A DNA stretch of 64,000 nt from a virus. The translations under genes and the position numbers were made by a program. Below are positions 1 to 8,504 of this stretch, one piece after another; within the stretch, counting starts at the first letter, position 1, and every line of letters starts with the position of its first letter. The notes beneath the pieces were generated by a model that saw only the letters and a program-made list of their open reading frames with translations, was not told where the DNA came from and did no database searches. Where the stretch lies: IMG/VR virus record IMGVR_UViG_3300028844_005117, positions 1-64,000 of that record, one strand, 5' to 3'.

Positions 1-123
1 ATACGCCTTATCTTTTATGGTTTTAATTTCTTCTTTGGTTAAATCATTGTTAACCTCAAGTTCGTTGACCACACATAGATTTGCGTATGCTTGTTTAAGC
101 GAATCTAATGTATTATTAATCAT
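1..123 (-). CDS. hypothetical protein (runs off window start)
   Basis: ATG at 123 overlaps the stop of the upstream ORF; frame open to position 1 (MINNTLDSLKQAY...). Confidence 0.5.
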   Translation of the reverse strand, partial: MINNTLDSLKQAYANLCVVNELEVNNDLTKEEIKTIKDKAY

Positions 124-359
124 TATTTATATATTACCTCAGTTGATAGTGTGGTGATGTGTGTAACACCGTCCATCGAATACCACTTAGTTACTGTTCC
201 AGAAAAATATTGTACATCAGAGATGTCTGTGGTTATTATTGTATCTGGATAGAACACCGTTATTGCTCCTATGACTTCATCTTCTGTGTGAGTTTTTTCC
301 TCGTCCATGATACAACTTGTCATGAATAACCCTAAACTTAATATTAATATCTTTTTCAT
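123..359 (-). CDS. small putative lipoprotein
   Basis: MKK + hydrophobic stretch + lipobox-like FMTSC. Confidence 0.6.
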   Translation of the reverse strand: MKKILILSLGLFMTSCIMDEEKTHTEDEVIGAITVFYPDTIITTDISDVQYFSGTVTKWYSMDGVTHITTLSTEVIYK

Positions 360-392
360 TTTATTATTTTTTATAAAGGTACAAATAATAAT

Positions 393-557
393 TCAATTAT
401 CCAAATTATCTTTATCTTTTTTTATTTCCTTTAAAAGTGATGGTAGTGCTTTTACCATCTTATATAGACCAGCATGTTTTTCTTCTTTTGAAATATGACA
501 TTCACAATTCTCAATTGTTTGTGGACATGTTGGACATTCTTCTACTTCTTTTTTCAT
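393..557 (-). CDS. 54-aa hypothetical protein with CxxC...CxC (not in ORF track)
   Basis: Hand translation MKKEVEECPTCPQTIENCECH...; ATGA overlap with the YopX stop. Confidence 0.55.
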   Translation of the reverse strand: MKKEVEECPTCPQTIENCECHISKEEKHAGLYKMVKALPSLLKEIKKDKDNLDN

Positions 558-1021
558 GATATTACTTTTGTTTTATATTCATCCCATTTCTCTTCAAATG
601 TATGTCCAATTACTTCACTATCGGTATGTCCAATAAATTTGAATCCCCTACCATCGCTATGTAAATTAAGTCCAAGTTGAACAGCTTGGAATCCACCATG
701 AAGCCAAATAACTTCATAATATTTAACTGTTGGGTTTCTGACAACAAGACCATTCTCATCCCATTCACCACCGAAGGTAATAATATCACCCTCGTATATA
801 TCTTTATTATCCTTAGATTGTAATCCAGTCCATTGTTGAAGTATTCCATTCAAATCATCAGTCTCTCCCCAATAGACAACTTTAGTATCCAGCCATTCTT
901 GACCACTACAGAAGTCCCATTTACCATTACCGTATAGATATATCTTAGTATTCTCATTTTCGTAGAAGTGTTTTTTACTTGGTTTATCCCACGCTCTGTA
1001 TTTATGTTCTCTAGTTTCCAT
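554..1021 (-). CDS. YopX family protein
   Basis: REHKYRAWD, QWTGLQSKDNKDIYEGDII and EVIGH motifs. Confidence 0.85.
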   Translation of the reverse strand: METREHKYRAWDKPSKKHFYENENTKIYLYGNGKWDFCSGQEWLDTKVVYWGETDDLNGILQQWTGLQSKDNKDIYEGDIITFGGEWDENGLVVRNPTVKYYEVIWLHGGFQAVQLGLNLHSDGRGFKFIGHTDSEVIGHTFEEKWDEYKTKVIS

Positions 1022-1023
1022 TG

Positions 1024-1359
1024 TTAATGTATTAAAATACTCTCTTTGGTATCGTGATATTTATCAAATCGCTCAACATCGTATTTAACACCGCCATTCC
1101 ACCCGTCTAACGCTTTGTAAGTACCAGCGTTAGGTCCACGCTCATATGTTGTCTGAATTACTGGTGTGTATATCCCACTAGCCTTAGTTGGGAATTGTAG
1201 ACCTCTAATTTCTGCTTCCTCGTCATAGTAGATTTGTTTCTTGGTACCTAATTCGATTTTTCTAATCATAATAGGTTGAACTGAACTATCTCTGAATGTC
1301 ATTACCTCTTGGTCTTGGTCATATTCTGACAATATCTTTATTAAATCTTTAACTTTCAT
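1024..1359 (-). CDS. hypothetical protein
   Basis: MKVKDLIKILSEYDQDQEV start is common in phage small proteins; tightly packed operon. Confidence 0.7.
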   Translation of the reverse strand: MKVKDLIKILSEYDQDQEVMTFRDSSVQPIMIRKIELGTKKQIYYDEEAEIRGLQFPTKASGIYTPVIQTTYERGPNAGTYKALDGWNGGVKYDVERFDKYHDTKESILIH

Positions 1360-1915
1360 AATTATATTTTTCTTTACAAAATTTCTTGAATTTGAATATT
1401 CTATCCCAAAGTGTCATCTTTTTAAAGTCAGTTATTATATAGTTATCAATACTATACATCCCTTTTACAATCTCTTCATTGTGACTCATTTCTTTCTTTG
1501 TTTCACTAAGTTTATGATTAAGGTCTAATATGTCTTTACAGAGTCTTAGACTATGTCCCTTAAAATCTTTTCTAAGTCCAACAATCTCACGACCATGTTC
1601 ACGTGATAATTCGAGATATCGATGGCGTTCGGTCTGTAATTTATCCTCATATTCTTCACAACTTCTCATGTAAGCATAGTTGTCGATTAGGACTGGCATT
1701 CTATCACCACCCATAAGCATCTTATTAGGTTGCTTAAGTGATATTGGAATCCCATTCTTATTTCCAACTTCTTTAAGTAATTGTCTAGCTTGATTCATAT
1801 TCCCACCAACAACAAAGAAGGGTTTATTATAATGTCTAGCACCCTCTTTTAATAGTGTGGTGTGACCAGCACCTCTAGAGGTCTTTAGATATGTGTATAC
1901 GTGTTCTTTTTTCAT
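1349..1915 (-). CDS. small P-loop/terminase-ATPase-like domain plus coiled coil
   Basis: SRGAGHTT (Walker A-like), VVGGNMNQA, VLIDN (Walker B-like). Confidence 0.5.
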   Translation of the reverse strand: MKKEHVYTYLKTSRGAGHTTLLKEGARHYNKPFFVVGGNMNQARQLLKEVGNKNGIPISLKQPNKMLMGGDRMPVLIDNYAYMRSCEEYEDKLQTERHRYLELSREHGREIVGLRKDFKGHSLRLCKDILDLNHKLSETKKEMSHNEEIVKGMYSIDNYIITDFKKMTLWDRIFKFKKFCKEKYNYES

Positions 1916-2076
1916 AATAATTTATTATAATCATCTGCTAAGATAGCAACATAGGTATCACCCCACCATCCAAATGCACATTCATCAAATACCTTCTCCA
2001 TCTTAAATTCCTTAGAGTTGAAGTTATTAATTTTAATGTATGTTGATTCATTAGGGAATCTTACGTGTATCTCCAT
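1912..2076 (-). CDS. 54-aa hypothetical protein (not in ORF track)
   Basis: MEIHVRFPNESTYIK...DDYNKLL; start and stop both overlap neighbouring genes. Confidence 0.6.
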   Translation of the reverse strand: MEIHVRFPNESTYIKINNFNSKEFKMEKVFDECAFGWWGDTYVAILADDYNKLL

Positions 2077-2603
2077 TATCTTCCAATTAAAAGTCTTCTA
2101 CGATTAGTCTTGATACCAATTATTTTAGTTAGTTCCGATAATACTTCCTTATCAATCCCATCAGCAAATTGCTCTGATAACATAGCCGTTAATTCAGCCT
2201 CAGCATCTGTATTAGATACTGTCCAACCATTACGACCAGTACTATTTTCACTGACTTTACGAATGGACCCATCAACACTCGTTAATTTCTTTACATAATC
2301 AGTAACAACTAACATATGACTATGACCAGCGTTACCAACAATCTTTATAATATTCTTATTTGATTCAGTGAATATTACTTTATACCTACTACCAAAAGAA
2401 CCGTTATTATAGTGTTCCAAGGATTCTATAATCTTTTTTATATTTGATGAAATATATAAAAGATTACCACCACCACTATTATATTTCCTATGGATAATAG
2501 CGGATAGTTCATTGATTTTAGTCATCAATGTTTGATTCCATGCAGATTGTGATGGAAAATTACCATTAGGGGGGTTATATGACCAAGTTAAATTACTACG
2601 CAT
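2076..2603 (-). CDS. permuted mini major-capsid-protein homolog
   Basis: WNQTLMTKINELSAIIH and DAEAELTAMLSEQ match the MCP at 36761-38530, but in reversed order. Confidence 0.85.
   Translation of the reverse strand: MRSNLTWSYNPPNGNFPSQSAWNQTLMTKINELSAIIHRKYNSGGGNLLYISSNIKKIIESLEHYNNGSFGSRYKVIFTESNKNIIKIVGNAGHSHMLVVTDYVKKLTSVDGSIRKVSENSTGRNGWTVSNTDAEAELTAMLSEQFADGIDKEVLSELTKIIGIKTNRRRLLIGR
2169..2207 (-). repeat. 39-nt exact inverted copy of MCP sequence 37901-37939
   Basis: Reverse complement gatgctgaggctgaattaacggctatgttatcagagcaa is identical to 37901-37939. Confidence 0.95.
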
Positions 2604-2769
2604 CTCTTAGTTTGTTTAGTAATATATAATTATCGTAAGTAAGTGTCACTTCAACATCCTTAGGTGTACGTCTTGAATGGTGCCACTTGATATCTATTTC
2701 ATCACCATAATATAGAATGTCTTTTAATTTATCCATACATTCACGTTTCACATATATTGTTATCTTCAT
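2596..2769 (-). CDS. 57-aa hypothetical protein (not in ORF track)
   Basis: MKITIYVKRECMDK...; overlaps both neighbouring genes. Confidence 0.6.
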   Translation of the reverse strand: MKITIYVKRECMDKLKDILYYGDEIDIKWHHSRRTPKDVEVTLTYDNYILLNKLRDA

Positions 2770-3149
2770 AATCCTATTAATAAAAGTTTTCGGTTTGTTT
2801 TAATTTCATCCTTAATTTCATCTTTAGTCATTATAGAATTGTACATGAACTCACTAAGTGGAATTGCCCTACCTCTAAAGCTTCTGATGGGGTTAAAATG
2901 TGTTGGGTCGTAGGTTGTTGGTCCGAAGTATAAGGAATCACCTTGTGGGTAAATAACTATCTTACTAAATGGGTTTCCTTCAATGAATTCCCTAATAGAT
3001 TTTCTATAGGTAAGCATCGGATACGTTTTATTGCTTACTTTTCCATTTTCATCACAATCAATATGTGTATATGTTGGCATGTCTACGACCTCAACCAACG
3101 GCATTTGTTCTAATTGTTCACGTGTATAATCTTCCGTTATTTGACTCAT
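2766..3149 (-). CDS. hypothetical protein with MCP C-terminal-like motif
   Basis: GPTTYDPTHFNPIRSFRGR resembles MCP TPTMYNPFNFAPVKGIMTR; ends IKTNRKLLLIGL. Confidence 0.7.
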   Translation of the reverse strand: MSQITEDYTREQLEQMPLVEVVDMPTYTHIDCDENGKVSNKTYPMLTYRKSIREFIEGNPFSKIVIYPQGDSLYFGPTTYDPTHFNPIRSFRGRAIPLSEFMYNSIMTKDEIKDEIKTNRKLLLIGL

Positions 3150-3167
3150 AATTTCTAAATATTAACA

Positions 3168-3246
3168 CAAATATATTATAAAAAACACTACCATGCAATA
3201 ATTTCTCAAAATAGATTGTATATATGAAAAGAATTTACTATATTTG
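3168..3246. promoter_or_regulatory. divergent Bacteroidota-type -7 promoter boxes
   Basis: TATATTTG on minus at 3168-3175 and on plus at 3239-3246 (TAnnTTTG consensus). Confidence 0.6.
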
Positions 3247-3700
3247 CACTGTGAAAATACTGACTAGATTATTTAGGAAAAAGAAAAATCATTATGATTT
3301 CAAATTTATGGAATTCGATGATGGGGATGCTTGTGCTAGTTTCACAACTAAACATGGGTTTGTTTATTTAGTTGAGTTGGATTGGGGTGATGGTGTTTTT
3401 GATGTGGAATTTGGTTTAATTAACGCTAAGATATACAATACAACTAACGCTCACGACCAATACAAGATTTTAAATACAATTAGTGAAGTGGTTAAGGTTT
3501 CGATTAAGCATGCTAAAAAAATGACTGGTGAAGAATTCCATAGTCTTGAATTCAAGAGTAGTAAGATTAGAAATGGTAATGAGGATAATAGTGATAAAAT
3601 CAGAAATAGATTTTTCATTAGATTTATTACCAGAGAATACCCAGATGCAAAGATAAGTCATCGAAAAGATGGGTCTGTCTTAATTAGACTTATTGGTTAA
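3224..3700 (+). CDS. hypothetical protein (true start probably 3251 or later)
   Basis: Long ORF; the promoter box lies inside the annotated 5' end. Confidence 0.7.
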   Translation: MKRIYYICTVKILTRLFRKKKNHYDFKFMEFDDGDACASFTTKHGFVYLVELDWGDGVFDVEFGLINAKIYNTTNAHDQYKILNTISEVVKVSIKHAKKMTGEEFHSLEFKSSKIRNGNEDNSDKIRNRFFIRFITREYPDAKISHRKDGSVLIRLIG

Positions 3701-4072
3701 CCTATCCAAGGCTTCAATTTCCCTTTCAGTTAAGTAATCAAGACCACCACGTTCACTTATTAGGTCTAGACCTTCATTGATTGTCTTAGGCACTCTAGTT
3801 AGATTTAAAAACCTTCTAAAGTTCTTTTGTTCTTCTTCAATAAATTTAGTGTTGAGTAATTTGTTTGTGAATGTTTCTGTTAACTCTATGCAAGCTATCT
3901 CTGTTTCATCACCAACACGCTTTCTTATATCGGCTGTTGTTAATTTAGTTTCTATACATACAATAACATCAGTAATCGATACAATAAGACTACACTCTGA
4001 TTCTAGTGTTTCCATTACAATATCCGAATCATTAATATTACCTGTCCATATAATATACCTAATAATCTCCAT
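3680..4072 (-). CDS. hypothetical protein
   Basis: ORF; C-terminal LDLISERGGLDYLTEREIEALD helical module. Confidence 0.7.
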   Translation of the reverse strand: MEIIRYIIWTGNINDSDIVMETLESECSLIVSITDVIVCIETKLTTADIRKRVGDETEIACIELTETFTNKLLNTKFIEEEQKNFRRFLNLTRVPKTINEGLDLISERGGLDYLTEREIEALDRLTNKSN

Positions 4073-4077
4073 ATTAA

Positions 4078-4920
4078 TTATGGTCTATTTAAAAAATATA
4101 ATTTATCGTATAGGTCTTCTCTATTCATAGCTTTGATTTCAGCATGTATCTTATCTGGATTACTTCTGAATAGATTCTTAAGTCTTTTGATTATTTTAGC
4201 TTCTTCTCTATATTTCTTATCAGCACCCTTAAGTTTAGCCGCTCCCTCTCTATCACCACCTTTAATCATGTCTATTCTTTGGATTGCAATATCTCTTAAT
4301 TTAGAGTCAATCTCAGTTTCATAATCATTAGTATCATGTGTTATCGGAGCACCTAGTTTATCAGCCTTTGCCTTTTTAGCCTCAGCCTTAGCAATTTCTT
4401 CTGGTGTATTTTTATTCTTTTGTATTTCTTCACCTTTGTTATCATCGTAACCAGCATTGTCTTCCATAAAATCTAGTATTGCACTACCCATGAAGAACAT
4501 TATTTTAGTCTTAGCATCTTCTGCTGGGGATTTCCCGATAGTTTTAAAGTTCTTTTCTGGACTATCATATTCTGGGTGTGCCATTCCTCTATTAGCTCTA
4601 ACATAAAATAATCTGACACGACCATTCTTTGTATCTTCATAATCACCAATCTTATTTTGGTAACCAATTCCAGTCTCACCAACTCTAAAGGTTCCATTAT
4701 CGCTAAGTCTACCAACATAAACACCTTCACCATCGTCAGTACCACCGTATGCATTTGGGTTTTGTTCGTAATCTTTTCTAGCTTGTATGATTTGTGCCCT
4801 CATGGTGTTAATCATACCTTGAGTAATATTCTTCTTATAGTTTTTATCCATAACTGGATTACTAGGGGTGTGACTAGCTTCTAATAAGACTCTTAATTTA
4901 TTTATTATGAATGACCTCAT
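4078..4920 (-). CDS. hypothetical late protein, possibly head-internal
   Basis: TATTTATA upstream (4934-4941 on minus); N-terminus MRSFIINKLRVLLEA. Confidence 0.7.
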   Translation of the reverse strand: MRSFIINKLRVLLEASHTPSNPVMDKNYKKNITQGMINTMRAQIIQARKDYEQNPNAYGGTDDGEGVYVGRLSDNGTFRVGETGIGYQNKIGDYEDTKNGRVRLFYVRANRGMAHPEYDSPEKNFKTIGKSPAEDAKTKIMFFMGSAILDFMEDNAGYDDNKGEEIQKNKNTPEEIAKAEAKKAKADKLGAPITHDTNDYETEIDSKLRDIAIQRIDMIKGGDREGAAKLKGADKKYREEAKIIKRLKNLFRSNPDKIHAEIKAMNREDLYDKLYFLNRP

Positions 4921-5003
4921 GGTATCTTTTTTATATAAATATTTGCTAATATCAAATAAATTGCGTATTATTGCATTAATTAATTAATTTAAATAAATTC
5001 AAT

Positions 5004-5180
5004 ATGAAAAAATTTAGTATAATAGTATTAATAATTATAGGACTTATCTTAGCCTTATATGTTGGTGGGTTCCTTGTAGGGATTACTATGATGTTGTTTA
5101 AGATAATGATTGGAGTTCTTGGACTTGGTTTATTCATTGGTGGATTCTACGTTGGTAGATGGACCAAAAAACAACAATAA
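5004..5180 (+). CDS. 58-aa two-helix membrane protein (not in ORF track)
   Basis: MKKFSIIVLIIIGLILALYVGG...; strongly hydrophobic. Confidence 0.65.
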   Translation: MKKFSIIVLIIIGLILALYVGGFLVGITMMLFKIMIGVLGLGLFIGGFYVGRWTKKQQ

Positions 5181-5181
5181 T

Positions 5182-6042
5182 ATGAAAGTAGAAAACTTTA
5201 AATATAATAGTGATAATATTAAAGAAGGTGATTGTTGTCCAGAGTGTAATGCACTTTGGGATGGTGGTGATATCTATGAACATTTTTTAGAAGCCAAGTT
5301 TAATCCCAATCACGAACAACATAATTATTATAAAGATAGAACTATCGATGAGATAAAAGAAACTGCTGGTGGTTATGGTTGGACTGAGGAAACCAAAGTT
5401 AGGTTCGGTAAGGTAATTGGTATGGATTGTTCAATGGACCCCTTAGATGAAAGTGAAGACGGAAAGTATGATGGTGTTTCTTATTGGCAATGTCCAAAGT
5501 GTCAAATAGCTTGGCATAGATTCAAGGGTACTAGAACTGATAGGTTCGTTAAGTCAGCGCAAGCTTCCGTCATTAAGAAACTTAATGAGTTAGAGGAAGA
5601 AAATGATAAGGAATCAAAGATAATCATCTACAATGCAATGCAAACACCAGATGGTACTATCATTGAATCTACGCACAGACATGATTATACAACTCATATA
5701 GATAAAAATGGTGAGACTTATATGGTTGACGGTGGGAATGAATACCTTAAGAGAAGTGTGAATGAGGTTCCAGCTAAGGACTTAACTATGTATCTTGAGG
5801 ATTGGACACCAGAATTCCATGAAAAGGCTAGGAAGGTAGTCAAACGAGGTGGTAGAGGTAAGAGTGGTGACCAACCACTTACTTGGGTTCCAATTTGTGA
5901 AATGAATGATGGTTGGGTAGCCGCAACTATCGATTATAATACTGACCGTGGAGCGGAAAGTCATTGGTTTACCTATTTATTAGTAAAGGAGGTTGAATAC
6001 CGAGAGAAAAATTCTATAACAATTGAAGAACAAGAAGTATAA
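5182..6042 (+). CDS. Zn-ribbon-containing two-domain hypothetical protein
   Basis: CPEC...WQCPKC N-terminal domain; C-terminal domain with ESTHRHDY...MVDGG; ATG at 5182 follows the previous stop. Confidence 0.7.
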   Translation: MKVENFKYNSDNIKEGDCCPECNALWDGGDIYEHFLEAKFNPNHEQHNYYKDRTIDEIKETAGGYGWTEETKVRFGKVIGMDCSMDPLDESEDGKYDGVSYWQCPKCQIAWHRFKGTRTDRFVKSAQASVIKKLNELEEENDKESKIIIYNAMQTPDGTIIESTHRHDYTTHIDKNGETYMVDGGNEYLKRSVNEVPAKDLTMYLEDWTPEFHEKARKVVKRGGRGKSGDQPLTWVPICEMNDGWVAATIDYNTDRGAESHWFTYLLVKEVEYREKNSITIEEQEV

Positions 6043-6075
6043 AGATTTTAATTTTATTTTTTTAATAATATTGAT

Positions 6076-6354
6076 TTGCCTATTAGGTACGTTGATGCAA
6101 TATTTTATTTTATGAGTTTAAGAAATTCTGCAAGATATATGTATGGATTCATTATTGGAATGTGTTTTGAATATATTATAAGGGTTGAGCTATTAATATA
6201 TCCGATAGTGATAATACTATGTATGTTAACTATTATGGTTGTTGATTTAGTTTCAGAACATAGAACTAATACACAATATAACAAATACTATAAGGCTAGG
6301 AATAAACGGTTAAGTGATTATGAAAATTTTCTTAAGTCAGAAAAAGAAGGTTAA
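6076..6354 (+). CDS. small membrane protein
   Basis: Two hydrophobic segments; start probably 6112. Confidence 0.5.
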   Translation: MPIRYVDAIFYFMSLRNSARYMYGFIIGMCFEYIIRVELLIYPIVIILCMLTIMVVDLVSEHRTNTQYNKYYKARNKRLSDYENFLKSEKEG

Positions 6355-6884
6355 CGTTTTTTACGTCTTTTCTTTTTCCATGGATGGTCGGTAACTCTAG
6401 GTTTATTTTGAGCCTCAGTTATTAACTTCTCTTCCGTTTCATAGTGTTCTGTAAGAACTGTTAGGTCTATGGTCCACTCATGTTTAGAACGTTCCTTATA
6501 TACATCAAATTCCTTAGCAACGTGAGTCACAACTTGTTTATGTGACCAACCATTAACCTTTTCAAGGTGTTCAAATGCGATTGCTTGGTTACCCATAGCA
6601 TTAGCCCTACCAATGTGTTTCACAATATGACACTTAGGACACAACGATACAAGCCCATCTAATTTCTGGATATGTGTTTTTTCATTATAATTCCATATCT
6701 CATGACATTCAAGGGCATGTTTATAACCTTGGTCTAGACCACTTTCCTTACAAATCTCACACACATAGTTAGCGTGTTCGTAAGATATCTTTCTAAGTCT
6801 ATCCCATTCCTTTTTTGGTAGAAGACTTCTAACATTGGAGTACCAACAAGTAGACGGAACCAACTCAACACCTAATCTAGCCAT
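6351..6884 (-). CDS. HNH-type endonuclease
   Basis: CEIC...LECHEIW...LCPKCHIVKH. Confidence 0.75.
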   Translation of the reverse strand: MARLGVELVPSTCWYSNVRSLLPKKEWDRLRKISYEHANYVCEICKESGLDQGYKHALECHEIWNYNEKTHIQKLDGLVSLCPKCHIVKHIGRANAMGNQAIAFEHLEKVNGWSHKQVVTHVAKEFDVYKERSKHEWTIDLTVLTEHYETEEKLITEAQNKPRVTDHPWKKKRRKKR

Positions 6885-7345
6885 GATTTAGGGATTAATC
6901 TTACTTTGAAGTACTTCTTGAATTGGTATCTAGGGATAAGTACCCCAGAAGTGTTGCTACCTTCATCACCAGCTTGTTCAGTTATTTTAAAATCATTATC
7001 TCTAATTAATTTCTTTAGGTCACTTGTTGATATGTACCATAGTTCATCAAAGTATTTATAATACATTACAAACCAATCCGCTTCTGTTACATGTATTCCA
7101 GATGGTCCATTTCTAGATTCAATTTCGATAAACATATTTGTTGTGTCAGCATATGGTTTACACGTTACATCAGTCTTTACTTCATATTTGACACCATCTT
7201 TCTTAGGGAAATCAAACGTTAGGTCATGTGTTTTGGTTTTATTATCTTTTAGGAATTTACCACCCATTGATTCCAAATCTTTGATAACAATCTTCTCACC
7301 ATCTTCACCAATAATGATATCCTCTTTAAAGTTATAATTTGCCAT
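6872..7345 (-). CDS. PD-(D/E)XK nuclease-like protein
   Basis: GEDGE...HDL...YEVKTD...FIE, SGIHVTEADW. Confidence 0.65.
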   Translation of the reverse strand: MANYNFKEDIIIGEDGEKIVIKDLESMGGKFLKDNKTKTHDLTFDFPKKDGVKYEVKTDVTCKPYADTTNMFIEIESRNGPSGIHVTEADWFVMYYKYFDELWYISTSDLKKLIRDNDFKITEQAGDEGSNTSGVLIPRYQFKKYFKVRLIPKSWLD

Positions 7346-7382
7346 AGTTAAATATACTACTAAATAAACTAAAAATCAACCA

Positions 7383-7390
7383 TATTTATA
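7383..7390 (+). promoter_or_regulatory. putative late promoter TATTTATA (representative copy)
   Basis: Same motif recurs upstream of many structural genes (see findings). Confidence 0.6.
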
Positions 7391-7403
7391 TAAAAAGAAC
7401 TAG

Positions 7404-7874
7404 ATGCGAATTAGACTAACTGAAAGTCAGTATGACTTAATTAAAATAATCAAAGAGAACTCAGATATATCTGAGAGGATTACTGATGGTATTGATGAGG
7501 TTAAGAAAAAGGCTGATGGTTTATATAGTATTATTACCTTCACAACCATTGCAGAAATTAGAGATGGTGAGACTGACATAAGCGTTATTGAGAAGAGAGT
7601 TGAGACCTTGGCTGATATATTCAGTAAACTAAGTGATAAGGTTTATGTATTCGAACAAAGAAACATGGATGCCGCTGGTAATTGGTTTAATCCTAGGGTA
7701 GAACAAATATGGCACGACATGGATATGGCGTTGTATCGTTTAAGACCCAAGGTTGACGCATTGGAAAATATGGTTAGTATTTTAAAGCCAATATCAAGAG
7801 TTGATGAGTACGGTGAAGGTAGAGAAAAAGACATTCACGGACCATTCGACAATATCACCCCAACAGAAATATAA
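7404..7874 (+). CDS. hypothetical late protein
   Basis: MRIRLTESQY N-terminus; late motif upstream. Confidence 0.7.
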   Translation: MRIRLTESQYDLIKIIKENSDISERITDGIDEVKKKADGLYSIITFTTIAEIRDGETDISVIEKRVETLADIFSKLSDKVYVFEQRNMDAAGNWFNPRVEQIWHDMDMALYRLRPKVDALENMVSILKPISRVDEYGEGREKDIHGPFDNITPTEI

Positions 7875-7947
7875 AAGAAAATTCACTTTTTATTTGTTTT
7901 ATCGGAATTAAATGCTTATATTTGTATTAACCAATTAAATAAACAAC

Positions 7948-8502
7948 ATGAAAAAGTTATTATTTGTATTAGCATTAGCACTTACCTTCACTTCTTGTCA
8001 GAAAGAAGATATCCAACCAAACGTAGAGATTGTTGAGGTTGAAGAAACTGGAATTGACTTATATGGTGAATGGAGATTGTTAGACGGTCAAATGTTTATT
8101 GAAAACATGGATACTGGTGTTAACTCTGTATACGACCACTTTAGTCCAACCAAGCCAACATCAAGTCTTAGATATGAAGGAGCACAATTCGAATTCGAAA
8201 CAATCGAAGCTGGTGTTACTACATGGGAGTTTATTGCAGCACCTAATTTAGGTGCCTATGGTGAATTCATCTTAAATGGTGATACAAACGAACCTTACGG
8301 ATTAAATATCACCAATAGTCATTGGACAGTTATGGAACACGCTACTGGCGCATCACAATTAGGTGGGTCATCTAGACCAATATCAGCTGAGGTTGAGAGT
8401 TATGATGATAATATTGTTGTATTCTTAGTACAAGAAGGTAGCACATCGATTGGTGGTTATAACTGTATGTATTATTCAAAATTAAGGTTTCAAAAACAAT
8501 AA
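7948..8502 (+). CDS. lipoprotein, possibly lipocalin-like beta fold
   Basis: Lipobox LTFTSC; LYGEWRL; TATATTTG box at 7917-7924. Confidence 0.7.
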   Translation: MKKLLFVLALALTFTSCQKEDIQPNVEIVEVEETGIDLYGEWRLLDGQMFIENMDTGVNSVYDHFSPTKPTSSLRYEGAQFEFETIEAGVTTWEFIAAPNLGAYGEFILNGDTNEPYGLNITNSHWTVMEHATGASQLGGSSRPISAEVESYDDNIVVFLVQEGSTSIGGYNCMYYSKLRFQKQ

Positions 8503-8504
8503 GT

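Noticed and set aside
6351-7345. HNH plus PD-(D/E)XK pair as a mobile element or restriction system
   Set aside because: No flanking repeats, interrupted gene or adjacent methyltransferase; such free-standing nucleases are common in large phages
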